Part shown: positions 11,101 through 20,439 of the stretch, piece by piece
Layout: every line of letters starts with the position of its first letter
Position numbering within the stretch: position 1 is the first letter of the stretch
Assembly (NCBI GenBank): GCA_964356785.1
Contig: CAYHIS010000004.1
Coordinates: forward strand, 46,366 to 110,365
Source of the DNA: an uncultured Rickettsiales bacterium
GTDB taxonomy: Bacteria; Pseudomonadota; Alphaproteobacteria; Rickettsiales; CANDYO01
Length of the DNA: 64,000 bases
Reading direction: 5' to 3'
Notes under the pieces: model-generated
Seen by the model: the letters and a program-made list of their open reading frames with translations, nothing else
Told to the model about the DNA's origin: nothing
Databases searched by the model: none
Translations under genes and position numbers: made by a program

Positions 11101-11282
11101 AAACCAAATAATCTATCTGGTATTTTACGTATAGCTTCCACCAACTCTGTTGATTGAGTGGAGATCTCTTTTTCCTGAGCTTCAGAAAAATTATAATATT
11201 GTAATAAATGCTTAATAGTTTCTAGATCATCTGCACGATAAAACGATCTGAATTCTTTAAAAAAATCCTGACTGAGATTCAA
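8166..11282 (-). CDS. putA: Bifunctional proline dehydrogenase / P5C dehydrogenase PutA
   Basis: YSYDMLGEGART, RLVKGAYWDSE, FATHN, ISPWNFPLAIF, ETGGLN, SAGQRCSALR; TTG start after AAGGAG. Confidence 0.98.
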   Translation of the reverse strand: MNLSQDFFKEFRSFYRADDLETIKHLLQYYNFSEAQEKEISTQSTELVEAIRKIPDRLFGLDSLLAKYNLSTKEGVALVCLSEALLRIPDTKTVDELIHDKIENIEWMEELSQIEDNNKSMKDSVFRFGLSAAEKILKTSKKVSFLKLGVSVIRKTINFAMSKMAEQFIMAHTIEKALEQENTLRTRGDKYLYSYDMLGEGARTYEDAEKYFLSYKNSIIEAGKYKKTYKVSQELMPSISIKLSALHPRYDYSKREILLKELLPKMLELAGLCKLNEVSMVIDAEEANRLEISLDIIIGLLNAKELKDWGGLGLAVQSYQKRASYLIQALINLVKEKQRKISIRLVKGAYWDSEIKKTQELGEKNYPVFRKKYHTDLSYLACAEILLQNVTHIYPMFATHNAHTACAVLAMAKRNKVEIYSFEFQRLYSMGQDLYDLLLAKDLKVRCRVYAPIGEHEILLPYLVRRILENGASSSFLHKVKDKNIEVSAVVENPILKCKKEIAETSIKQNVPLPVDIFANARKNSKGLDLADPINQEYFVKIMKKGYKLTSAPIVKSLLKGERHAVNNPANQDEIVGYSETANFSQAKQALEYIKKQKLDWDTPQNRANKIRKLGDLLEKNQEELIYILVKEAGKVFNDAIAEIREAIDFCYYYASLVDKDFAEDKILKGVTGEENRYFYRAKGIFVCISPWNFPLAIFLGQIVGALAAGNLVIAKPATQTSLIAAKAIDLAYEAGIPKEALVYLPCSGGVISQEILSSKDIEGVVFTGSTSTAANINKTLVARENASIPTIIAETGGLNSMIVDSSSLLEQAVDDIIISAFHSAGQRCSALRIAFVQEEVADSLIKMLKGAVTALKIGDPKEISTDIGPLIDRVSLGNISTYCSQAAKKFKVIHYDSEALTEGNFLNPCIFELSDPNDLKEEIFGPVLHIVRYRLAELDKVIDYLNNTGFALTFGIHSRINSRIQYVLDRIRIGNVYVNRSMIGATVGVQPFGGEGLSGTGPKAGGENYLKRLSFERVVSTNTTALGGNIELYTSVE

Positions 11283-11306
11283 TTTATATACTCCTTTTTA
11301 AAAAGC

Positions 11307-11831
11307 TTATTGTGTTTTGGGCACAACAATCATCATTAATTGATTACCTTCCATTTTAGGCTCATATTCTATTTTTGAATTTTCTGATAGCTGAGCTATA
11401 ATTTTATCAAAAACTGCAACGCCTATTTCTTGGTGCGTAATCTCACGCCCTTTGAATCTAAGTGTAACTTTTACTTTATCGCCATCTTCAATAAAAGAAT
11501 TCATACTTCTAATTTTAATGCCTAAATCATGATCGCTAATTGTAGGTCTAAGTTTTATTTCTTTTAAAGAAACTACTTTTTGCTTCTTCTTAGCATCCTG
11601 ATTTTTCTTTTTTGCTTGATATTTATATCTTCCAAAATCCATTATTTTACAGACAGGTGGTTCAGCATTAGGAGAAATTTCCACTAGGTCTAATCCCATT
11701 TTTTGAGCTTCATGTAAAGCATCTGTAGTTTTAAAAATTCCTTGCATTTCTCCGTTCTCATTAACTAAACGAACAGTAGTTGCTGTAATTTCCAAATTAG
11801 CATTTGGAAAATTGCCTGATTTTTTTTTCAT
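11307..11831 (-). CDS. infC: Translation initiation factor IF-3
   Basis: LDLVEISPNAEPPVCKIMDFG, GDKVKVTLRFKGRE; downstream of thrS. Confidence 0.98.
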   Translation of the reverse strand: MKKKSGNFPNANLEITATTVRLVNENGEMQGIFKTTDALHEAQKMGLDLVEISPNAEPPVCKIMDFGRYKYQAKKKNQDAKKKQKVVSLKEIKLRPTISDHDLGIKIRSMNSFIEDGDKVKVTLRFKGREITHQEIGVAVFDKIIAQLSENSKIEYEPKMEGNQLMMIVVPKTQ

Positions 11832-11839
11832 TTATCCTC

Positions 11840-13744
11840 TTATATTTTGTTGATAGCGTCTTTTAGCATAGCTAAAGCTTGTGTAAATTGCAATATGTCT
11901 TGTTTCTCTGACCCTAGTCTTCTTATAGATACAGTTTCATTGATGATCTCATTCTTTCCTACTATCATAAGCACAGGTATTTTAGCTAATGAATATTCTC
12001 TAATTTTATAATTAATCTTACTAGAGCTAATATCAATTTCTGCTCGTATACCCTGATCCTTAAGCTCTTGATATATTTTATTAGCATATTCATCCGCATC
12101 TGAAGTAATAGTAAGAACAGTCACCTGCACAGGAGCAAGCCATAACGGAAATTTACCTGCATGTTCTTCAATTAAAATTCCAATAAATCTTTCCATTGAA
12201 CCTAGAATGGCTCTATGAATCATTACTGGACGATGCTTGGCGCCATCACTTCCTGTATAATTAGCATCAAGTCTTTCAGGAAGCACAAAGTCTAACTGAA
12301 GAGTTCCACATTGCCAATCTCTTCCAATAGCATCTTTAAGTACAAATTCAAGTTTTGGACCATAAAAAGCCCCTTCCCCTGGATTTACAGTATATGGCAT
12401 ATCGCTTGCATCAATAGCTATTTTTAACAATTCAATTGCTTTATCCCAAGTTTCTTCGGTTCCAGCAAAAATCTCTGGTCTTGTTGAAAATTTAATAGCA
12501 ATTTCAGTAAAGCCAAAATCTTTATATACTTCTTGTAATAATTCAATAAAGCTTAATGTCTCTGAAGTTATTTGCTCCGCTGTGCAGAAAATATGCGCAT
12601 CATCTTGAGCAAATCCTCTAACCCTCATGATTCCATGCATAGAACCGGAGCTTTCATTGCGATGGCAGCAACCAAATTCCGCCATACGCACTGGCAAATC
12701 TCTATAAGAATGAATTTTTTGCTTAAAAATTTGAATATGAAGCGGGCAGTTCATTGGTTTTAATGCCATATGCTTACCTTCATCTTCTACAATAAACATA
12801 TTTTCTCTAAATTTTTCCCAGTGACCAGAAGCTTCCCAGAGTGAGCGATCAGCTAAAATTGGAGTTTTAACTTCTATGTATCCATTCTTTCTTATTTTAT
12901 CTCTAATATAATTTTCTACTATTCTATAGAGAGTCCAGCCCTTATCATGCCAAAATACTTGCCCCACTGCTTCATCTTGCATATGAAAAAGATCCAGCTC
13001 TTTACCAAGCTTACGGTGATCTCGTCTTTCTGCCTCTTCAAGTCTAGTTAAATATTCTTGTAATTGTTTTTCATCTGCCCAAGCAGTACCGTAAATTCTT
13101 TGTAGCATAGGATTTCTGCTATCACCACGCCAATATGCTCCAGCAAGTTTCATTAATTTAAAAGCTTTTTTAAATCCTGTTGATGGAGCGTGTGGACCAC
13201 GACAAAGATCAATAAAATCTCCTTGACGATACATACTAATTTTTTCCCCTATAGGAATAGATTCAATAATTTCAGCCTTATAAAACTCACCAATGCTTTT
13301 AAAAAACTTGACCGCCTCATCACGATCCCAGATTTCCTTAGTAATAGATTGATTACGTTTTACAATTTCATGCATCCTTGCTTCAATTACACTTAAATCT
13401 TCTAAACTAAATTTCTCGTCTCTTGCAATGTCATAATAAAATCCATCCTCAATAGCAGGACCTATAGTTATTTGCGCATCAGGATATAATTCCTTAACAG
13501 CTTGCGCAAAAATATGAGCTGAATCATGACGAATAATCTCTAAACCCTCTGGAGTCATAGATGTAATGATCTCCACCTGAGAATCTTTCGTAATCTTAGT
13601 GGATAAATCCACTCCTTCCCCATTAACTTTCATAGCTATAGCTATTCTAGCAAGACTAGATGAAATGCTTTTTGCTAATATAAAGCCATCTATCTCACCT
13701 TCGAATTGACGAACTGAATTATCTGCTAGTGTAATTGCAACCAT
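11840..13744 (-). CDS. thrS: Threonyl-tRNA synthetase
   Basis: [44 protein letters not shown]. Confidence 0.99.
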   Translation of the reverse strand: MVAITLADNSVRQFEGEIDGFILAKSISSSLARIAIAMKVNGEGVDLSTKITKDSQVEIITSMTPEGLEIIRHDSAHIFAQAVKELYPDAQITIGPAIEDGFYYDIARDEKFSLEDLSVIEARMHEIVKRNQSITKEIWDRDEAVKFFKSIGEFYKAEIIESIPIGEKISMYRQGDFIDLCRGPHAPSTGFKKAFKLMKLAGAYWRGDSRNPMLQRIYGTAWADEKQLQEYLTRLEEAERRDHRKLGKELDLFHMQDEAVGQVFWHDKGWTLYRIVENYIRDKIRKNGYIEVKTPILADRSLWEASGHWEKFRENMFIVEDEGKHMALKPMNCPLHIQIFKQKIHSYRDLPVRMAEFGCCHRNESSGSMHGIMRVRGFAQDDAHIFCTAEQITSETLSFIELLQEVYKDFGFTEIAIKFSTRPEIFAGTEETWDKAIELLKIAIDASDMPYTVNPGEGAFYGPKLEFVLKDAIGRDWQCGTLQLDFVLPERLDANYTGSDGAKHRPVMIHRAILGSMERFIGILIEEHAGKFPLWLAPVQVTVLTITSDADEYANKIYQELKDQGIRAEIDISSSKINYKIREYSLAKIPVLMIVGKNEIINETVSIRRLGSEKQDILQFTQALAMLKDAINKI

Positions 13745-13852
13745 TTATAGTTCCTATATTCATTAAAGTCGATGAGATTACCAAAAATGTTTAAAAAATA
13801 CTAGTTTTTTTAATGCTTTATAGCATAAATTCGTTATTATTATGATTAAGAA

Positions 13853-13957
13853 TATATCTTTAATACTTCAAAAGTTGGAAGGAGCTAGGAGCAAAGTGTA
13901 TAAATTAATACATGAGCTTTGATGCAACGCTCCAAATCTTGGAGTATTAAAGGTATA
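13853..13957. mobile_element. 105-bp RPE-like palindromic element (GGAGCTAGGAG family)
   Basis: Arms TATATCTTTAATACTTCAA / TTGGAGTATTAAAGGTATA; near-identical copy at 22132-22236. Confidence 0.85.
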
Positions 13958-14003
13958 CATAAAACATTGACATTTAAACCACTAACGCTTATCGCTATAC
14001 CGC

Positions 14004-14336
14004 ATGCAAAAAAAAGTAATATTTATATCTTTATATATTTTTCTAATAGCTCCAATCAATGCAAGAGCAATAGAGCAATATGAGATATATATAGAAAATA
14101 ATAAATTTAGACCAAATATTTTAGAAGTTAAAGCAGGACAAAAATTTAAACTAATTATATATAATAATGATTCTGAAGCTGAGGAATTTGAAAGTTTTGA
14201 TTTAAGACGCGAAAAAATTATTCCTCCATATGGGAAAATTATTTTAAAACTAGGTCCTCTAGATCCAGGTGAATATGAATTCTTCGGCGAATTTCATCCC
14301 AAGACAGCTCTTGGAAAACTTATAGTTAAAGAGTAA
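14004..14336 (+). CDS. Periplasmic cupredoxin-domain protein (EfeO-N/FtrB-like)
   Basis: Signal peptide, EEFES, LDPGEYEFFGEFHP; adjacent to FTR1 permease. Confidence 0.85.
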   Translation: MQKKVIFISLYIFLIAPINARAIEQYEIYIENNKFRPNILEVKAGQKFKLIIYNNDSEAEEFESFDLRREKIIPPYGKIILKLGPLDPGEYEFFGEFHPKTALGKLIVKE

Positions 14337-14339
14337 AAT

Positions 14340-15116
14340 ATGTTTGCGACAATGATAATAATTTTAAGAGAAGTTATAGAAATTTGTTTATTCCTAGGAA
14401 TGTTCTCTGCTGCATTAAGAGAAGTGAGGGATAAAAATAAAATAATTTTATTAGGTATTTTAGGCGGGATAATAATTTCGATATTGCTTGCATTTGGCAT
14501 GAATAGATTAAGCAATCTTTTTGATGGAACGGGCCAAGAAATCATCAATATAGTTACATTATTTATAGCTATTCTCTGCATATTATGGACTTTAATCTGG
14601 GTAAGAAAACATGATAAAAAATTTCATGAGAGGATAATAAACTTAGAGAATCAAAATATTATACCAATAGCACTGTTAATCATGCTGTCTATAGCCAGAG
14701 AAGGCTCTGAAATAATTTTATTTTCTTATGGAATCTTAGCCAGGGGAACCAGTAATTACGATTTAGTATATGGCATAATCTTAGGAACCACGCTTGGCAT
14801 GGGTTTTGGTATTACATTATATTTTGGTTTATTACGAATACCAACGAAATATTTTTTTAGAACCATCAATTTTCTTTTAATTTTACTAGCAGCAGGCATG
14901 GCATCACAAATAGCAGAGAACTTAATCGCCGCGGATTTGGTAACAGTTTTCTCGAATAGTCTTTGGGATAGTGGCTGGTTAATTAGTGAGAAAAGTCTTT
15001 TTGGTAAATTACTTCATGATTTAGCTGGATATTCTTCACAACCCACAGGTTTACAATTTGTCTTTTACGTGACTACTTTTATGGCTTTATATACGATACA
15101 TAAGAGAAAGATTTGA
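14340..15116 (+). CDS. FTR1/EfeU-family iron permease
   Basis: Two RExxE motifs (REVIE, REGSE), multiple TM segments, LWDSGWL...GYSSQP. Confidence 0.9.
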   Translation: MFATMIIILREVIEICLFLGMFSAALREVRDKNKIILLGILGGIIISILLAFGMNRLSNLFDGTGQEIINIVTLFIAILCILWTLIWVRKHDKKFHERIINLENQNIIPIALLIMLSIAREGSEIILFSYGILARGTSNYDLVYGIILGTTLGMGFGITLYFGLLRIPTKYFFRTINFLLILLAAGMASQIAENLIAADLVTVFSNSLWDSGWLISEKSLFGKLLHDLAGYSSQPTGLQFVFYVTTFMALYTIHKRKI

Positions 15117-15243
15117 TAGAAGGTATTTCTCAAAAATTATTATGTAGGTAGCTTTGCCTCCAATGGTAAATATTTGTTTACCATTTTTTACTATTATGCT
15201 ACCCTAAGCTTAAATAAGTTATAAATTTATAGGGAGTTTTAGC

Positions 15244-17523
15244 ATGAATAAAACAGAATTCAAATTGCCTATAGGTAGCTCAAATTTTAAAGAGATTGTT
15301 ACAGAGAGCGATTTCTTTGCTGATCAAACTATACTTATAAAAGAGGTACTTGACAGTGGTTACAAAGCTATTTTAATAACAAAACCAAGAAGATGGGGTA
15401 AAACTTCAGCTCAAGACATGCTAAATACTTTTTTTTCTATTGAAGTTGATGATAATGGGCAGCCAAAAACAGAATTATCAAATAGAATATTATTTACAGG
15501 CGGGGCTACTACAGGAAAACAGCTAGAGCCATTACAAATTTCTACTATTGATGATGGAAAATATATGAATTACCAAGGAAAATATCCAGTAATTTTTATT
15601 AGTTTCAAAGATGTAAAAGGCTTAACTAATGAGGGAATAGAAATATGTTTAATGAAAGAAATAGTGAATCTAGTTAAAGCTCATAGATATCTTACAAAAT
15701 CCTCTAAATTATCAAAAGATGAAATTACTTATTTACAAAAATTTATTGATGATAGAATGGAAATGCACAATTTAAAGGATAGTCTAAAGGAAATAAGTAG
15801 ATTGCTAAGTAAACATCATGGTAAAAACACCTATGTTCTTATAGATGAGTATGATAAACCTGTATCATATCTACTTGAACGCAGCACCTCTTTAAAAGAG
15901 CCAGACATAATTAGAAATACTGCCGAACTAGTAAGTGGAATACTATCTAGAGTAGGTAAAGATAATAATTATTTAGAAAAAATAATTATGACTGGGATAT
16001 ATGATACGGTAAAAAAAGAAGGTAATTCTGGCTTTAATAATGTTAATGCTTATGGTATTTCAGATGCGCAATTCAGTAGTAGTTTTGGGTTTTCGCAGCA
16101 GAATGTTGATGAGCTGATAACTAAGATGGGTTTTAATGAAACGGAAGCTGTTGTTAAGGCCAATATAAAAGATTGGTATAATGGTTATTTGGTCCCTTCT
16201 GGCCCCATAACAATGGAGAATCGTTATACTCCATGGGCTGTAGTTAAATATTTAAACGACGCTCAAAAAGGCTTTTTGAAGCCTAAAAATTATTGGTCAC
16301 AAACTGGGGCAGCGATCATTATACAAGATTTATTAAAATCATCAGCAACTGAGAAAACAATACTAAAGCTTATTCATTTAACCCAAGGAAAACAAGTTAT
16401 ATTAGATGGCGATAGTTATGCCTCATTATTTAGATATAATTTATCTAGTCCAATAAAAGCAGAGAAACTTATTACATATTTACTACTAAATTCTGGTTAT
16501 ATTACTTTAGTAAAAGGTACTGATGATAAATATCAAATTCCAAATCATGAAGTAAGGGAAGAATTTTCTAAAATTTTAGGAGATGAAATAAAAAACCACC
16601 CAGGATCTAATTTATATAATTCTTTAAAAAATTTAGGATACGATACAGAAAATTATGATGACTTATTATCAAAAATGAAAATCCTAAATCTCTCTCCAGA
16701 GGAAAGCGTAAGACATGCAATTAAATCAACTATTTCTGGAGATCATGAGGCTTTACAAGAATTGCTTAAGCTTCGTCCATCTTTAAAATGCGAAGATAAT
16801 CGTCTAAACTTTAATCTTATACAGATTGGCGCAGCCTCAGGAGACGCTGAAATCTTTACGACTATATTAAAACAATGTAAGAAGCAATTATGGAATCATA
16901 CAAATAAAATTACAGGGTTAAATATAGCAGATTTTGCATATATCTCAGGCAATAATAGACTTCTTTCCAAACTCGCTTCTGGTAGGGAATTTGAAGGAGG
17001 ATCGGAGCGCAGAACCGGAGTGTACATAGAAGTACATGAGGATTCGAGCACCGAACCAACGTACAAATTACCAGCAGAAGTAGAGTTTCGAAAGAAGTCT
17101 ATTGAAATACTTGAAGCATTAAAAGAAAATAAGATAGACACCAAAACCTCCGATGAGGCCATAAGCACAGCTGAGCAATTGTTTTGTAATTCAATTGCAC
17201 GTAAAAGTGAATTTTTAATCAAACCAGCTCTTGCATATTTTCTCGGCAGTGAAGTTTCACAAACAGTATCAGAGGTAAATGTTAATGAAAAACTTACTGA
17301 TTTTTGTAAGAATTATGATTCTCATAAACAAACAGACACAACATTACACCTTGAATATACATCATTAAAACAGTTTGAACAATTTATTATAAAAAGTGAT
17401 GGATACGTTAAGCTTAATAATGAATGCAATGAAAATGATGATTTGATTGCAGAAATAGAGATTCCAATGGGATTATATGGTGTGGAAAATATAGTCTTTG
17501 GCCTTTGTAAAGAAGTCCATTGA
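15244..17523 (+). CDS. AAA-ATPase-like protein with ankyrin-like C-terminal region and in-frame RPE1
   Basis: LPIGSSNF, TKPRRWGKT, YPVIFISFKD, LIDEYDKP, WYNGY, IPNHEV; C-terminal helices NLIQIGAASGDAEIF and TGLNIADFAYISGN. Confidence 0.85.
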   Translation: MNKTEFKLPIGSSNFKEIVTESDFFADQTILIKEVLDSGYKAILITKPRRWGKTSAQDMLNTFFSIEVDDNGQPKTELSNRILFTGGATTGKQLEPLQISTIDDGKYMNYQGKYPVIFISFKDVKGLTNEGIEICLMKEIVNLVKAHRYLTKSSKLSKDEITYLQKFIDDRMEMHNLKDSLKEISRLLSKHHGKNTYVLIDEYDKPVSYLLERSTSLKEPDIIRNTAELVSGILSRVGKDNNYLEKIIMTGIYDTVKKEGNSGFNNVNAYGISDAQFSSSFGFSQQNVDELITKMGFNETEAVVKANIKDWYNGYLVPSGPITMENRYTPWAVVKYLNDAQKGFLKPKNYWSQTGAAIIIQDLLKSSATEKTILKLIHLTQGKQVILDGDSYASLFRYNLSSPIKAEKLITYLLLNSGYITLVKGTDDKYQIPNHEVREEFSKILGDEIKNHPGSNLYNSLKNLGYDTENYDDLLSKMKILNLSPEESVRHAIKSTISGDHEALQELLKLRPSLKCEDNRLNFNLIQIGAASGDAEIFTTILKQCKKQLWNHTNKITGLNIADFAYISGNNRLLSKLASGREFEGGSERRTGVYIEVHEDSSTEPTYKLPAEVEFRKKSIEILEALKENKIDTKTSDEAISTAEQLFCNSIARKSEFLIKPALAYFLGSEVSQTVSEVNVNEKLTDFCKNYDSHKQTDTTLHLEYTSLKQFEQFIIKSDGYVKLNNECNENDDLIAEIEIPMGLYGVENIVFGLCKEVH
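16956..17101 (+). mobile_element. RPE1 (Rickettsia palindromic element 1) inserted in frame
   Basis: TAGACTTCTTTC...GAAAGAAGTCTA; net 144 bp encoding RLLSKLASGREFEG...KLPAEVEFRKKS; second copy in xerD. Confidence 0.93.
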
Positions 17524-17601
17524 TGATAATGAATTATAAATTAGAAAATTGAAGAGCCTCTGTTATAGATAGGCTTCTTAAAATCTTTACTGAATTCCAC
17601 T

Positions 17602-17630
17602 TTGACACTTTCCCACATTTATGATATATT
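17602..17630 (+). promoter_or_regulatory. Sigma70-type promoter of TA pair
   Basis: TTGACA-17bp-TATATT with TGn extension; AAAGGA SD before ATG 17660. Confidence 0.7.
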
Positions 17631-17659
17631 TACATTCATTAACTTAAAGGAATTCATCA

Positions 17660-17929
17660 ATGATAAATACAAATAAAATGTTAAGACCAGACGCTAAAGG
17701 TAGAATAACATTAGGGAAAATGGCCGATGGAATAAGTGGCTTTATGGTATTTTATGACGAGTTTCATAGAATTATATTAGAACCATATGCAGAAATTCCA
17801 GCTAAAGAAAAATGGATATTTAATGATACTGCAATATTAAATAAAGTAAAAACTGGACTTTCTGATTCTGCTGCAGGACTTACAAAACAAAGAGGAAGCT
17901 TCTCTCAGTATATCAAAGAAAATAACTGA
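17660..17929 (+). CDS. Putative antitoxin (AbrB-like N-terminus)
   Basis: PDAKGRITLG...RIILEP pattern; coupled to downstream RelE-like gene. Confidence 0.7.
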   Translation: MINTNKMLRPDAKGRITLGKMADGISGFMVFYDEFHRIILEPYAEIPAKEKWIFNDTAILNKVKTGLSDSAAGLTKQRGSFSQYIKENN

Positions 17930-18228
17930 TGACGTTTTTTAATCTCATTTTTACCAATCAAGCGGATATGGACCTAAAAGAGCTTGAAAAGAATCCAGCT
18001 CTGCTAAAACAACTTAAGGCCGTTTATAAGGCATTGGGATATCTAGAAAATAACCCAAGACATCCTAGTTTAAATACTCATAAATACAGCTCTTTAACGG
18101 GAATCAACGGAGAAGAAGTATTCGAAGCATATGCAGAAAATCATACACCTGGAGCATATCGTATTTTTTGGCATTATGGACCATCGAAAAATATTATAAC
18201 TATAATTTCTATTGTTCCTCATCCTTAA
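17929..18228 (+). CDS. RelE/ParE-superfamily toxin
   Basis: NPRHPSLNTH, GAYRIFWHYG, ITIISIVPHP. Confidence 0.75.
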   Translation: MTFFNLIFTNQADMDLKELEKNPALLKQLKAVYKALGYLENNPRHPSLNTHKYSSLTGINGEEVFEAYAENHTPGAYRIFWHYGPSKNIITIISIVPHP

Positions 18229-18395
18229 AATTCATCAGAGCAAATAGCAGATTTTAAGATCTTCATCATTACATTTTCCCGGAACTAACCAGCTTATAGG
18301 AAGGCTTAAAATTCACAAAAATACAACCACTCTCTGAGGATCTAAAAAACTTTACCAATTTTTTGGCTTGACAAATGAAGGCGATATAATTCCAT

Positions 18396-18974
18396 CTATC
18401 TAATTATAGAATTGTTTCTATTATCATTAGGCGTATTACCAGGGATACGGATACTAACTGTGCCCGCATTGCTAATATGTTGATTATCTTCTGTAAATTT
18501 ATTATATTCTTTTATTTTTTCTTGCGCATACTCCATTATAGCACGTTTACAGTAATTAGGAATTACACCCTCTTTCATATTTGGCACTAATAATAAAGCT
18601 ATTTTAATGTTCTTGTTGTCTACCGCACAATTTAGAGGAGTATCTCCATTAACAGCTTCCATATAAGGATTAGCCCCTGAAGCAATAAGTTGGTTTACCA
18701 TTTCAGAGTTATTCTCTATTGCTGCACGATGTAAAATAGTATGACCTTCTTTATTTAACGCGGTACTGGTTAACACTTCTCTAAAATATTCATCTTCTAT
18801 ACTTTGTAAGAATTTAAATGCGCCATCTAGACCTCCTTCAGAGTAAGCTTTTTCCAATTCTTTAGTTAGACTCTCAATACGCTCATCTACTTCTATTTCC
18901 CAAGGCTGCTTATCAAATATACTTTTCTTTTGAATAGTAACTGTCTTATTTGGGGTAGCAGTTTCTTTTGACAT
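18396..18974 (-). CDS. Ankyrin-repeat protein (candidate effector)
   Basis: GHTILHRAA...LIASGANP and GDTPLNCAV ankyrin repeats. Confidence 0.88.
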   Translation of the reverse strand: MSKETATPNKTVTIQKKSIFDKQPWEIEVDERIESLTKELEKAYSEGGLDGAFKFLQSIEDEYFREVLTSTALNKEGHTILHRAAIENNSEMVNQLIASGANPYMEAVNGDTPLNCAVDNKNIKIALLLVPNMKEGVIPNYCKRAIMEYAQEKIKEYNKFTEDNQHISNAGTVSIRIPGNTPNDNRNNSIIR

Positions 18975-19025
18975 TTTTACACTCCTATTATTTTTTAGAT
19001 ATTTTTCTTTAATATCTTATATTAT

Positions 19026-19057
19026 AGGTTACAATCTATTTCTTAATCTTTGGTTAA
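19026..19057 (-). promoter_or_regulatory. CtrA-type promoter of ankyrin gene
   Basis: Minus strand TTAA-CCAAAGA-TTAA-N11-TAACCT. Confidence 0.5.
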
Positions 19058-19185
19058 TTCTTTAGGAAAGTTTAAAATCTAGAAATACATAATCACTATC
19101 TGAAGAACAAACTGAAAAACTTTACTTGAAATTTTTGCTAAATTCTATTATTTAGATAGTAGTAATTTTTTTAAAAAGGTAAAAT

Positions 19186-20439
19186 ATGAAAAGAGTTGTT
19201 ATTACTGGTATCGGCCTTGTAACCCCTTTAGGAATTGGCGCAAGAAATAGCTGGCAGAATGTTATTTCTAATAAGTCTGGTATTTCTAGAATAGAAAGAT
19301 TTAATACATCATATTTACCATGCAAAGTAGCTGGCGAAATAAAACATGGAGAAGGTAAATTCAATCCAACAGATTATTTACCAATGAAAGAACTCAAAAA
19401 AATGGATCTTTTTATTGCCTATGGAATGATCGCAGCAATTGAAGCTATTGAAGATTCTGGCTGGACGCCCACAGAACAAGAAGATCTAGATATGACTGGT
19501 GTATTGATAGGCTCAGGCATTGGTGGCCTTCCAGGAATAGAAGAAACTTCTATAATGCTTTCAAACACTCCTGATAAAAAGGTAAGTCCATTTTTCATTC
19601 CAGCAAGCTTAATCAATCTTATTTCTGGAAATCTCTCAATTAAATATGGCTTCTCAGGCCCTAATCACGCAGTGGTAACCGCTTGCTCAACCGGGGCTCA
19701 TGCAATTGGCGATGCAGCCCGTCTTATTCAATATGGCGACGCTAATGTGATGGTTGCAGGTGGAGCTGAAGGAACTATTTGCAATGTTGGAATGGCTGGA
19801 TTTGCAGCTGCCAGAGCATTATCCACTAGTTTCAATGATACTCCAGAAAAAGCCTCTAGACCCTGGGATAGAGACCGTGATGGATTCGTAATGGGAGAAG
19901 GCGCAGGAGTTGTAGTATTAGAAGAATTAGAGCACGCAAAAAAACGTGGCGCTAAAATTTATGGCGAGATTGTAGGCTATGGCCTAACTGGTGATGGATA
20001 TCACATCACATCTCCCCATCCAGAAGGTAGAGGTGGTTTCAGGGCAATGCAAATGGCCATGAAAAGAGCTGGATTAAATATTGATCAAGTAGATTATATT
20101 AACGCTCATGGAACTTCTACTCCAATGGGGGATGAAATAGAATTAGGCGCAGTTCAAAGATTATTTGGCGATAATGCTAAAAATATGGCAATGTCATCTA
20201 CCAAATCATCAATAGGCCACTTACTAGGGGCCGCTGGAAGCGTTGAAGCGATATATTCTTTACTTGCGATAAATGATAATATAGTACCACCAACGTTAAA
20301 TTTAGATAACCCTCCTGAAAGCGCAATTATTGACTTAGTTCCACATAAAGCTAAAGAGAAAAAAGTAAATGTTGCTTTATCAAATTCATTTGGTTTTGGA
20401 GGCACTAATGCTTCCTTAATTTTTAGGCGTTATGAATAA
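19186..20439 (+). CDS. fabF: 3-oxoacyl-ACP synthase II
   Basis: VVTACSTGAH, DGFVMGEGAG, YINAHGTST, GHLLGAAG, SNSFGFGGTN. Confidence 0.98.
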   Translation: MKRVVITGIGLVTPLGIGARNSWQNVISNKSGISRIERFNTSYLPCKVAGEIKHGEGKFNPTDYLPMKELKKMDLFIAYGMIAAIEAIEDSGWTPTEQEDLDMTGVLIGSGIGGLPGIEETSIMLSNTPDKKVSPFFIPASLINLISGNLSIKYGFSGPNHAVVTACSTGAHAIGDAARLIQYGDANVMVAGGAEGTICNVGMAGFAAARALSTSFNDTPEKASRPWDRDRDGFVMGEGAGVVVLEELEHAKKRGAKIYGEIVGYGLTGDGYHITSPHPEGRGGFRAMQMAMKRAGLNIDQVDYINAHGTSTPMGDEIELGAVQRLFGDNAKNMAMSSTKSSIGHLLGAAGSVEAIYSLLAINDNIVPPTLNLDNPPESAIIDLVPHKAKEKKVNVALSNSFGFGGTNASLIFRRYE

